Shown in pieces: positions 12,068 through 23,568 of a stretch of DNA of 64,000 bases. Position 1 is the first letter of the stretch. Each line of letters begins with the position of its first letter. The DNA is from Eukaryota sp. GEM-RC1 (Eukaryota), in the NCBI GenBank assembly GCA_040285855.1, contig JAUFOQ010000013.1:496001-560000 (forward strand). Reading direction: 5' to 3'. Both the position numbers and the translations under genes were made by a program. The notes under the pieces are model-generated. The model worked only from the letters and a program-made list of their open reading frames with translations. It made no database searches and was not told the DNA's origin.

Positions 12068-14872
12068 AAGATCATCGAAATTGGTAGGATGGTTTACATC
12101 AATTGATTCAGTAGCATCAACAGCATTAACTTCAAGGAGAATATTTGTAATATCTTTGGGTGTTTTTCAACATCTTGTAATAAATCAATAATTTTGGCTT
12201 CGTTTGTCATATATATCAAAGCAACTTTAATTGTTTGTCATATGTTCTATTGAATATATAGCTAATGAAAACAAATGGGAAGTTCATTAGATTCACAAAG
12301 GGTTCAAAACAATTTTCAAGTTCTGAAATGGAAATAATGTAACTTTAGTAACCTAGCATAAATACCAACAGATGAATTGAAGAAATTTGTTGATTTCGGT
12401 AATTCTTTTGATTAGTTTAATCTGAAAACAAATATGTCTTGGCAAACACATAAAAGCGATAGAGTGATCGAAAAATCAAGATATCTTGTAGCTTTGCATC
12501 AACATTGAGTAATCGGGAAGCATAGTTTTCAATTCTTTCAGACGTGTCAATAGATATATTATTAAAATCCTCCACTCTTTCATATTCATCAGCTACGTCA
12601 GTTGTTTGTTCTGAAGCGATAGCTTGGCAATCAACAGCTTCACCATCTTCTACAATATCATTAAGTAGCTTAGTCACATATTTTTTGTTAAATTCGTTTG
12701 GTGTTGCCAGTTGAAGCCAAGTTTTTTACTTTTTTTGCTGAGTCAACTGTGAATGGGTAAAGAGAATCTGGAGTTGGAAAGGTGTCAAATAAATAGACAT
12801 TATCAAATACATGTGACACACTGTTAGAGCTATGTTCAACATTGTTGTTAACGAAAGACAACATGCAGGATTTACAACAGGAATGAATTTCGAGAATTCA
12901 AGAGTATGAGCAGTTAAACAGCATTGGACGGGTCTGGTCAAATCATGCTGTCGTGGAAGTATATCGGGCTGTTGGAGGAGCATACATTGGTTACAAATGG
13001 CGTAACTTGAACATATTTTATCCATGGCCAAATGTTTTTGTGCAGAAAATTGTAGAAGTTGTTGCGATGGTAAAACTTTCAAGGGACGACAAGTCAATGG
13101 ATGTGAAAACTTCATTATGATATTCTACAAAATTTAACAAAAACAGGATCCACTTTTGCGGCATTCATAGATTCAAAGAAGGATTTAATGTACATATACG
13201 TTTTGAACAGAAAGTCTTTTCATTGGTAGATCAAAATGGACAAGGGCATTGTATAGTTGAGACTTACATTCAGTAACAAAAATGGGATCAAGATCAGTCA
13301 TTGCTTCTGGAACAGACTTTGTAGGATTCAATTGACAGTGTTCCAAGCAAGTACATATACGCTGTCCTGTAATGTTCTTCACAGGATGGATTACAGACTC
13401 ATGTGAAATTAATGCACATCCTGGGTGATTGGGGTTTGGAGGTGGACCGGTGTCTGAATCTACATCACCATCCATTATGAGATTTATTAACCATCTATGA
13501 GATGGAGAGGCATTAGATTCAGTAACACGTACAAAACAACAATAGCTCAAGGCATGACTCTTATTATTAAGCATGTTATCCCTATTTGTTGTATTTGGGG
13601 AATTGGGAGAATTGCTTTTTGAAACAATGGGGAAGATGTATCCGAAACAATTTGATGCTTCAAGTGGAAACTTTTTCATCACGACTTCTTTTGTTATAAA
13701 CAACTGTATGGTTGTTACTTTAGTGTGAAATGATTAAGCCCTTCTCCATTCATCGTCACTGGAGAGTATGTCTTAAAACTTTGAAGAATATGTCTTATGT
13801 ACAGTAGTCTTTGTCCAACATTCATTTGATCCATCTGCATATTGTATACATCACAAGGTACCGAAGTTAAGATATTGTGTTGTTTTTAACATAGATACTT
13901 CTATCATTTATAAAATAGTTTTGAATTTTGATTGATTGATTTCATACACACATTTGCGACGACATACTTTAAGCTATTTCAATTCTTGTGAAAGTCACTT
14001 TCAATTTTTACAGCCGAAAGCTGGCTGTATGATCATTATACAGCCAGTAGTCGCTGTGAGGCCATGATGTCATCCTTATAATCTACATAATTCTTTTGAT
14101 TTAGATTAAAATAATTCATTTACACATGAATTTTTATATATTTAAACCTAATCTAATTGATTGAAAAGTAAGAGTCGGTTTGAAAGTTGTATTGAGTTCG
14201 AACCTTGCCAAAATGGTTTGTGAAGATTGATCTTCTTTAATATAGTAAAATCGAAATTATATTAAAATTTATTGATCTATATTTCGATTAGAAATAAACG
14301 GTAGAGAACCACCATTCGACACAAACAATTCTTGGATTTTTAAATAGGTTTTTGGGAAACTTATAGTATGACCATACAAATTTCATTAAAATCACATTCT
14401 TCTGCTTTTAAATTTAATTTTTCAACTACATTGGTATTAACAAATCTACCAACACCAAAATTCAACTTATTTTCAGATGCATTTCTCAAATACATATCGT
14501 GGTATGCAGTGCTTTGAATGTTGGCTGTTGTATTCGGATGAATATGTTTTTGTATTCCTTTCCCCAATTAGCAACCATTACAGAGTGTTTTGTACTTACA
14601 AAGCTTTCTGGGTTCAGCTGTTCTCATTAGATCAGTTCTCGTAACATCCTTCCTTCTTTGAATTTGTAATTCTTTTCAGTAGGGGAAGGAATTTCACCCA
14701 CTCATAATTTCAATGCTAGTCAACAACCAGAATTTCAATGCTAGTTAACAATCAAAATTTCAATCAGTTAAACTGATCTGGACTACAGTAATTTTTTTTG
14801 TGACATCGCTATGTTAGGTATATGTCTTTGAACGTACACTACACTACGTGTGGTTCGTGTTCAGAAAATCAA

Positions 14873-15675
14873 TCATAGAATCAATCGCTTTAAAGTCGCG
14901 ATCTCTCCTGAACTCTCTACCATTGATTTTAACGACTGTTGTGTTTGACTGTTGATTGAGTTGTAATCTAGATTGATCGTAGAAACTGAAGAATTCACCT
15001 TCAAAGCTTCAGCAATTGCAATAGCTCCTTCAGGACCAATTGAGTTGTTACCTAGATCGATCGTAGAAACTGAAGAATTCACCTTCAAAGCTTCAGCAAT
15101 TGCAATAGCTCCTTCATTACCAATTGAGTTGTTATATAGATGGATCGTAGAAACTGAAGAATTCACCTTCAAAGCTTCAGCAATTGCAATAGCTCCTTCA
15201 TTACCAATTGAGTTTTCAGCTAGATAAATCTCAGAAACTGAAGAATTCACCTTCAAAGCTTCAGCAATTGCAATAGCTCCTTCATTACCAATTGAGTTGT
15301 TCCATAGATAAATCTCAGAAACTGAAGAATTCACCTTCAAAGCTTCAGCAATTGCAATAGCTCCTTCATTACCAATTGAGTTGTTATCTAGATAAATCGC
15401 AGAAACTGAAGAATTCACCTTCAAAGCTTCAGCAATTGCAATAGCTCCTTCATTACCAATTGAGTTGCCACCTAGATAAATCTCAGAAACTGAACAATTC
15501 ACCTTCAAAGCTTCAGCAATTGCAATAGCTCCTTCACTACCAATTGAATTGTGCCTTAGATAAATCGTAGAAACTGCAGAATTCACCTTCAAAGCTTCAG
15601 CAATTGCAATAGCTCCTTCAGGACCAATTGAGTTGTAATCTAGATTGATCGTAGAAACCTCATATTTCTCACCAT
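14873..15675 (-). pseudogene. LRR cassette, terminal unit of array 1; no in-frame ATG; unique C-terminus
   Basis: The open LRR frame begins at EVSTINLDYN. The ATG homologue is out of frame because of a 2-bp insertion (aaat-at-gag). It ends SLKSMVESSGEIATLKRLIL. Confidence 0.85.
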
Positions 15676-16005
15676 TTCATCTCAACAATTTTAATAATGA
15701 AACTGTACATTGGGAATTCGATGGTAAATGTATAGTAGAAATTACCAATTCTTCAGATACTAATGAAGTTCTGTTGTTGTTGTGAACAATAACAAAAGTA
15801 CCAGTAAATAACGTGTGTTATTCATTAGGGCAGTATTTAAAATCTGTACTTGAACATTTGCTAAACTACTATGATATTTGACTCTGTCACGGAGTTTTGT
15901 TTGGAATAATTTTTGGTCTGAGGAAAATGATTTTTCAAGTGTGTATTATACTCAACGATTAATTATGGTACTTTTGATGAGAGATTAATTATGATTAATG
16001 ACAAA

Positions 16006-16589
16006 ACTATATGTTTAAGGCTAATGGTTTTCATGGAAAAATTGAACCTTTACTTGCTAATCTTTCTGATCAGCCAAAAGTTGATAGAAGTCGTGGTGAT
16101 TTGATTGGTCCTTGGTTATCTTGTTAGGATATTATCATGGATTTCACGACTGTTGATCCTTGTAATTCAAGATCAATTTCCAAAATTTTTGATGATGATT
16201 TTTCTGCTCTTGAAGTGGCTGAAAAAGGAAAAAATACAAAGTACTGTCACTTAATTAACCAATTGAATGTTGACAGGTACAATTCTTTTGTGTTTCAACC
16301 TTTTGCGATGTCGATATATGGTAATATTGGACCAGCTGCACAAGGTTTTTTAACCTCCTTTGGTAAATTGTGTTCTGAGTATGGTAAAGTTTTTAATGAA
16401 AATTTTTGGTTGAGTAGGTTAACGTTTGCGTTGTTTCGTTCAATGCACAGACATTTTAATTCAATTTTAGGTAAGTTGTTCGGTGATGGACAGAAGGATC
16501 ATAGTTTAGATACTTTAGTTAGTGTCTGTTAGTTATTAACTTCTGCAAATGCATTTATTTCACTGATTGATCATAAACCCCGTTTTTTT
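16006..16589 (+). mobile_element. 5'-truncated RLE-type non-LTR retrotransposon fragment in cassette spacer (copy 1)
   Basis: EP..RGDL..DFTTVDP..AEKGKNTKY..FQPFAMSIYGNIGPAAQGFL..FW..RL.FAL.R. Flanked by an atgacaaa duplication that is single-copy in empty spacers. In-frame TAG. Confidence 0.8.
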
Positions 16590-16626
16590 ATGACAAATGT
16601 GATTTTTATATACAATGAAAACTTGT

Positions 16627-17489
16627 TTAAAAAGATATTCTATTTTTGTGTAGTGATTTTAACGACTGTTGTGTTTGACTGTTGATTGAGTTGTTATGTA
16701 GATAAATCGTAGAAACTGAAGAATTCACCTTCAAAGCTTCAGCAATTGCAATAGCTCCTTCACTACCAATTGAGTTGTTACCTAGAGAAATCGTAGAAAC
16801 TGAAGAATTCACCTTCAAAGCTTCAGCAATTGCAATAGCTCCTTCACTACCAATTGAGTTGTTACCTAGAGAAATCGTAGAAACTGAAGAATTCACCTTC
16901 AACGCTTCAGCAATTGCAATAGCTCCTTCACTACCAATTGAGTTGTTACCTAGAGAAATCGTAGAAACTGAAGAATTCACCTTCAACGCTTCAACAATTG
17001 CAATAGCTCCTTCATTACCAATTGAGTTGTCACCTAAACCAATCGTAGAAACTGAAGAATTCACCTTCAAAGCTTCAGCAATTGCAATAGCTCCTTCATT
17101 ACCAATTGAGTTGTTCCATAGATAAATCTCAGAAACTGAAGAATTCACCTTCAAAGCTTCAGCAATTGCAATAGCTCCTTCATTACCAATTGAGTTGTTA
17201 TCTAGATAAATCGCAGAAACTGAAGAATTCACCTTCAAAGCTTCAGCAATTGCAATAGCTCCTTCATTACCAATTGAGTTGCCACCTAGATAAATCTCAG
17301 AAACTGAACAATTCACCTTCAAAGCTTCAGCAATTGCAATAGCTCCTTCACTACCAATTGAATTGTGCCTTAGATAAATCGTAGAAACTGCAGAATTCAC
17401 CTTCAAAGCTTCAGCAATTGCAATAGCTCCTTCAGGACCAATTGAGTTGTAATCTAGATTGATCGTAGAAACCTCATATTTCTCACCAT
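16627..17489 (-). pseudogene. LRR cassette, no in-frame ATG, KNRISF end
   Basis: Open LRR frame (ORF track 259 aa from TTG); same 2-bp insertion at the 5' junction. Confidence 0.85.
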
Positions 17490-17819
17490 TTCATCTCAAC
17501 AATTTTAATAATGAAACTGTACATTGGGAATTCGATGGTAAATGTATAGTAGAAATTAACAATTCTTCAGATACTAATGAAGTTCTGTTGTTGTTGTGAA
17601 CAATAACAAAAGTACCAGTAAATAACGTGTGTTATTCATTAGGGCAGTATTTAAAATCTGTACTTGAACATTTGCTAAACTACTATGATATTTGACTCTG
17701 TCACGGAGTTTTGTTTGGAATAATTTTTGGTCTGAGGAAAATGATTTTTCAAGTGTGTATTATACTCAACGATTAATTATGGTACTTTTGATGAGAGATT
17801 AATTATGATTAATGACAAA

Positions 17820-18401
17820 ACTATATGTTTAAGGCTAATGGTTTTCATGGAAAAATTGAACCTTTACTTGCTAATCTTTCTGATCAGCCAAAAGTTGATA
17901 GAAGTCGTGGTGATTTGATTGGTCCTTGGTTATCTTGTTAGGAAATTATCGTGGATTTCACGACTGTTGATCCTTGTAATTCAAGATCAATTTCCAAAAT
18001 TTTTGATGATGATTTTTCTGCTCTTGAAGTGGCTGAAAAGGAAAAAATACAAAGTACTGTCACTTAATTAACCAATTGAATGTTGACAGGTACAATTCTT
18101 TTGTGTTTCAACCTTTTGCGATGTCGATATATGGTAATATTGGACCAGCTGCACAAGGTTTTTTAACCTCCTTTGGTAAATTGTGTTCTGAGTATGGTAA
18201 AGTTTTTAATGAAAATTTTTGGTTGAGTAGGTTAACGTTTGCGTTGTTTCGTTCAATGCACAGACATTTTAATTCAATTTTAGGTAAGTTGTTCGGTGAT
18301 GGACAGAAGGATCATAGTTTAGATACTTTAGTTAGTGTCTGTTAGTTATTAACTTCTGCAAATGCATTTATTTCACTGATTGATCATAAACCCCGTTTTT
18401 T
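17820..18401 (+). mobile_element. RLE retrotransposon fragment (copy 2)
   Basis: Near-identical to 16006-16589 with the same flanks. Confidence 0.8.
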
Positions 18402-18438
18402 ATGACAAATGTGATTTTTATATACAATGAAAACTTGT

Positions 18439-19553
18439 TTAAAAAGATATTCTATTTTTGTGTAGTGATTTTAACGACTGTTGTGTTTGACTGTTGATTG
18501 AGTTGTTATGTAGATAAATCGTAGAAACTGAAGAATTCACCTTCAAAGCTTCAGCAATTGCAATAGCTCCTTCAGGACCAATTGAATTGTTATATAGATA
18601 AATCTGAGAAACTGAAGAATTCACCTTCAAAGCTTCAGCAATTGCAATAGCTCCTTCACTACCAATTGAGTTGTTACCTAGAGAAATCGTAGAAACTGAA
18701 GAATTCACCTTCAAAGCTTCAGCAATTGCAATAGCTCCTTCACTACCAATTGAGTTGTTACCTAGAGAAATCGTAGAAACTGAAGAATTCACCTTCAACG
18801 CTTCAGCAATTGCAATAGCTCCTTCACTACCAATTGAGTTGTTACCTAGAGAAATCGTAGAAACTGAAGAATTCACCTTCAACGCTTCAACAATTGCAAT
18901 AGCTCCTTCATTACCAATTGAGTTGTCACCTAAACCAATCGTAGAAACTGAAGAATTCACCTTCAAAGCTTCAGCAATTGCAATAGCTCCTTCATTACCA
19001 ATTGAGTTGTTATATAGATAAATCTGAGAAACTGAAGAATTCACCTTCAAAGCTTCAGCAATTGCAATAGCACCTTCATTACCAATTGAGTTATTACCTA
19101 GATCGATCGTAGAAACTGAAGAATTCACCTTCAAAGCTTCAGCAATTACAATAGCTCCTTCATTACCAATTGAGTTGTTCCATAGATAAATCTCAGAAAC
19201 TGAAGAATTCACCTTCAAAGCTTCAGCAATTGCAATAGCTCCTTCATTACCAATTGAGTTGTTATCTAGATAAATCGCAGAAACTGAAGAATTCACCTTC
19301 AAAGCTTCAGCAATTGCAATAGCTCCTTCATTACCAATTGAGTTGCCACCTAGATAAATCTCAGAAACTGAACAATTCACCTTCAAAGCTTCAGCAATTG
19401 CAATAGCTCCTTCACTACCAATTGAATTGTGCCTTAGATAAATCGTAGAAACTGCAGAATTCACCTTCAAAGCTTCAGCAATTGCAATAGCTCCTTCAGG
19501 ACCAATTGAGTTGTAATCTAGATTGATCGTAGAAACCTCATATTTCTCACCAT
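18439..19553 (-). pseudogene. LRR cassette, no in-frame ATG, KNRISF end
   Basis: Open LRR frame (343 aa from TTG). Confidence 0.85.
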
Positions 19554-19883
19554 TTCATCTCAACAATTTTAATAATGAAACTGTACATTGGGAATTCGAT
19601 GGTAAATGTATAGTAGAAATTAACAATTCTTCAGATACTAATGAAGTTCTGTTGTTGTTGTGAACAATAACAAAAGTACCAGTAAATAACGTGTGTTATT
19701 CATTAGGGCAGTATTTAAAATCTGTACTTGAACATTTGCTAAACTACTATGATATTTGACTCTGTCACGGAGTTTTGTTTGGAATAATTTTTGGTCTGAG
19801 GAAAATGATTTTTCAAGTGTGTATTATACTCAACGATTAATTATGGTACTTTTGATGAGAGATTAATTATGATTAATGACAAA

Positions 19884-20467
19884 ACTATATGTTTAAGGCT
19901 AATGGTTTTCATGGAAAAATTGAACCTTTACTTGCTAATCTTTCTGATCAGCCAAAAGTTGATAGAAGTCGTGGTGATTTGATTGGTCCTTGGTTATCTT
20001 GTTAGGAAATTATCATGGATTTCACGACTGTTGATCCTTGTAATTCAAGATCAATTTCCAAAATTTTTGATGATGATTTTTCTGCTCTTGAAGTGGCTGA
20101 AAAAGGAAAAAATACAAAGTACTGTCACTTAATTAACCAATTGAATGTTGACAGGTACAATTCTTTTGTGTTTCAACCTTTTGCGATGTCGATATATGGT
20201 AATATTGGACCAGCTGCACAAGGTTTTTTAACCTCCTTTGGTAAATTGTGTTCTGAGTATGGTAAAGTTTTTAATGAAAATTTTTGGTTGAGTAGGTTAA
20301 CGTTTGCGTTGTTTCGTTCAATGCACAGACATTTTAATTCAATTTTAGGTAAATTGTTCGGTGATGGACAGAAGGATCATAGTTTAGATACTTTAGTTAG
20401 TGTCTGTTAGTTATTAACTTCTGCAAATGCATTTATTTCACTGATTGATCATAAACCCCGTTTTTTT
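19884..20467 (+). mobile_element. RLE retrotransposon fragment (copy 3)
   Basis: Near-identical to 16006-16589 with the same flanks. Confidence 0.8.
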
Positions 20468-20504
20468 ATGACAAATGTGATTTTTATATACAATGAAAAC
20501 TTGT

Positions 20505-21451
20505 TTAAAAAGATATTCTATTTTTGTGTAGTGATTTTAACGACTGTTGTGTTTGACTGTTGATTGAGTTGTTATGTAGATAAATCGTAGAAACTGAAGA
20601 ATTCACCTTCAAAGCTTCAGCAATTGCAATAGCTCCTTCACTACCAATTGAGTTGTTACCTAGAGAAATCGTAGAAACTGAAGAATTCACCTTCAAAGCT
20701 TCAGCAATTGCAATAGCTCCTTCACTACCAATTGAGTTGTTACCTAGAGAAATCGTAGAAACTGAAGAATTCACCTTCAACGCTTCAGCAATTGCAATAG
20801 CTCCTTCACTACCAATTGAGTTGTTACCTAGAGAAATCGTAGAAACTGAAGAATTCACCTTCAACGCTTCAACAATTGCAATAGCTCCTTCATTACCAAT
20901 TGAGTTGTCACCTAAACCAATCGTAGAAACTGAAGAATTCACCTTCAAAGCTTCAGCAATTGCAATAGCTCCTTCATTACCAATTGAGTTGTCACCTAAA
21001 CCAATCGTAGAAACTGAAGAATTCACCTTCAAAGCTTCAGCAATTGCAATAGCTCCTTCATTACCAATTGAGTTTTCAGCTAGATAAATCTCAGAAACTG
21101 AAGAATTCACCTTCAAAGCTTCAGCAATTGCAATAGCTCCTTCATTACAAATTGAGTTGTTCCATAGATAAATCTCAGAAACTGAAGAATTCACCTTCAA
21201 AGCTTCAGCAATTGCAATAGCTCCTTCATTACCAATTGAGTTGTTATCTAGATAAATCGCAGAAACTGAACAATTCACCTTCAAAGCTTCAGCAATTGCA
21301 ATAGCTCCTTCACTACCAATTGAATTGTGCCTTAGATAAATCGTAGAAACTGCAGAATTCACCTTCAAAGCTTCAGCAATTGCAATAGCTCCTTCAGGAC
21401 CAATTGAGTTGTAATCTAGATTGATCGTAGAAACCTCATATTTCTCACCAT
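20505..21451 (-). pseudogene. LRR cassette, no in-frame ATG, KNRISF end
   Basis: Open LRR frame (287 aa from TTG). Confidence 0.85.
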
Positions 21452-21781
21452 TTCATCTCAACAATTTTAATAATGAAACTGTACATTGGGAATTCGATGG
21501 TAAATGTATAGTAGAAATTAACAATTCTTCAGATACTAATGAAGTTCTGTTGTTGTTGTGAACAATAACAAAAGTACCAGTAAATAACGTGTGTTATTCA
21601 TTAGGGCAGTATTTAAAATCTGTACTTGAACATTTGCTAAACTACTATGATATTTGACTCTGTCACGGAGTTTTGTTTGGAATAATTTTTGGTCTGAGGA
21701 AAATGATTTTTCAAGTGTGTATTATACTCAACGATTAATTATGGTACTTTTGATGAGAGATTAATTATGATTAATGACAAA

Positions 21782-22366
21782 ACTATATGTTTAAGGCTAA
21801 TGGTTTTCATGGAAAAATTGAACCTTTACTTGCTAATCTTTCTGATCAGCCAAAAGTTGATAGAAGTCGTGGTGATTTGATTGGTCCTTGGTTATCTTGT
21901 TAGGGAAATTATCGTGGATTTCACGACTGTTGATCCTTGTAATTCAAGATCAATTTCCAAAATTTTTGATGATGATTTTTCTGCTCTTGAAGTGGCTGAA
22001 AAAGGAAAAAATACAAAGTACTGTCACTTAATTAACCAATTGAATGTTGACAGGTACAATTCTTTTGTGTTTCAACCTTTTGCGATGTCGATATATGGTA
22101 ATATTGGACCAGCTGCACAAGGTTTTTTAACCTCCTTTGGTAAATTGTGTTCTGAGTATGGTAAAGTTTTTAATGAAAATTTTTGGTTGAGTAGGTTAAC
22201 GTTTGCGTTGTTTTGTTCAATGCACAGACATTTTAATTCAATTTTAGGTAAGTTGTTCGGTGATGGACAGAAGGATCATAGTTTAGATACTTTAGTTAGT
22301 GTCTGTTAGTTATTAACTTCTGCAAATGCATTTATTTCACTGATTGATCATAAACCCCGTTTTTTT
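21782..22366 (+). mobile_element. RLE retrotransposon fragment (copy 4)
   Basis: Near-identical to 16006-16589 with the same flanks. Confidence 0.8.
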
Positions 22367-22403
22367 ATGACAAATGTGATTTTTATATACAATGAAAACT
22401 TGT

Positions 22404-22825
22404 TTAAAAAGATATTCTATTTTTGTGTAGTGATTTTAACGACTGTTGTGTTTGACTGTTGATTGAGTTGTTATGTAGATAAATCGTAGAAACTGAAGAA
22501 TTCACCTTCAAAGCTTCAGCAATTGCAATAGCTCCTTCACTACCAATTGAGTTGTTACCTAGAGAAATCGTAGAAACTGAAGCAATTGCAATAGCTCCTT
22601 CATTACCAATTGAGTTTTCAGCTAGATAAATCTCAGAAACTGAAGAATTCACCTTCAAAGCTTCAGCAATTGCAATAGCTCCTTCATTACCAATTGAGGT
22701 GTTTTCTAGATAAATCTGAGAAACTGAAGAATTCACCTTCAAAGCTTCAGCGATTGCAATAGCTCCTTCATTACCAATTGAGTTGTAATCTAGATTGATC
22801 GTAGAAACCTCATATTTCTCACCAT
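22404..22825 (-). pseudogene. Short LRR cassette with an in-frame internal deletion
   Basis: ..EGAIAIA-SVSTISLGNN.. lacks EALKVNS; KNRISF end. Confidence 0.85.
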
Positions 22826-22993
22826 TTCATCTCAACAATTTTAATAATGAAACTGTACATTGGGAATTCGATGGTAAATGTATAGTAGAAATTAACAATT
22901 CTTCAGATACTAATAAAGTTCTGTTGTTGTTGTGAACAATAACAAAAGTACCAGTAAATAACGTGTGTTATTCATTAGGGCAGTATTTAAAAT

Positions 22994-23209
22994 TTGAGTT
23001 GTTATCTAGATGGATCGTAGAAACTGAAGAATTCACCTTCAAAGCTTCAGCAATTGCAATAGCTCCTTCATTACCAATTGAGTTGTTATATAGATAAATC
23101 TCAGAAACTGAAGAATTCACCTTCAAAGCTTCAGCAATTGCAATAGCTCCTTCATTACCAATTGAGTTGTAATCTAGATTGATCGTAGAAACCTCATATT
23201 TCTCACCAT
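22994..23209 (-). pseudogene. 3'-truncated LRR cassette immediately downstream of the TRIM-LRR gene
   Basis: Two and a half repeats are fused directly to mid-spacer sequence (cagtatttaaaat|ttgagttg); no C-cap. Confidence 0.85.
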
Positions 23210-23568
23210 TTCATCTCAACAATTTTAATAATGAAACTGTACATTGGGAATTCGATGGTAAATGTATAGTAGAAATTAACAATTCTTCAGATACTAATAA
23301 AGTTCTGTTGTTGTTGTGAACAATAACAAAAGTACCAGTAAATAACGTGTGTTATTCATTAGGGCAGTATTTAAAATCTGTACTTGAACATCTGCTAAAC
23401 TACTATGATATTTGACTCTGTCACGGAGTTTTGTTTGGGATAATGTTTGTTCTGAGCAAAATGATTTTTCAAGTGTGTATTATATTCACCGATTAATTAT
23501 GGGACTTTTGATGAGAAATTAATTATGATTAATGACAAATGTGATTTTTATATACAATGAAAACTTGT

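Larger units (their letters stand above)
14873..23568 (-). repeat. LRR cassette array 1: six LRR-only units downstream of the TRIM-LRR gene
   Basis: Units of 84-bp repeats share 5' junctions, C-caps and spacer. Period is about 1.8-2.1 kb where the retro-insert is present. Confidence 0.95.

Noticed and set aside
14707..14765. 25-bp tandem duplication aatttcaatgctagt..
   Set aside because: About two copies only, with no evident function.
15676..15720. Cassettes as alternative last exons using the tgtacag acceptor
   Set aside because: For most units, splicing there meets TAA or TGA before the LRR frame, and the AG is lost (tgtacat) in units 42238-48103. Splicing from donor-like ATG|GTGAGA or AAG|GTGAAT sites is not excluded, but I see no conserved acceptor.
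16137..22309. Repeated 131-aa ORF as a dedicated recombinase or nuclease partner gene of the cassettes
   Set aside because: It is a 5'-truncated retrotransposon RLE fragment with an upstream in-frame stop, a frameshift in copy 2 and a flanking duplication. It is absent from array 2.
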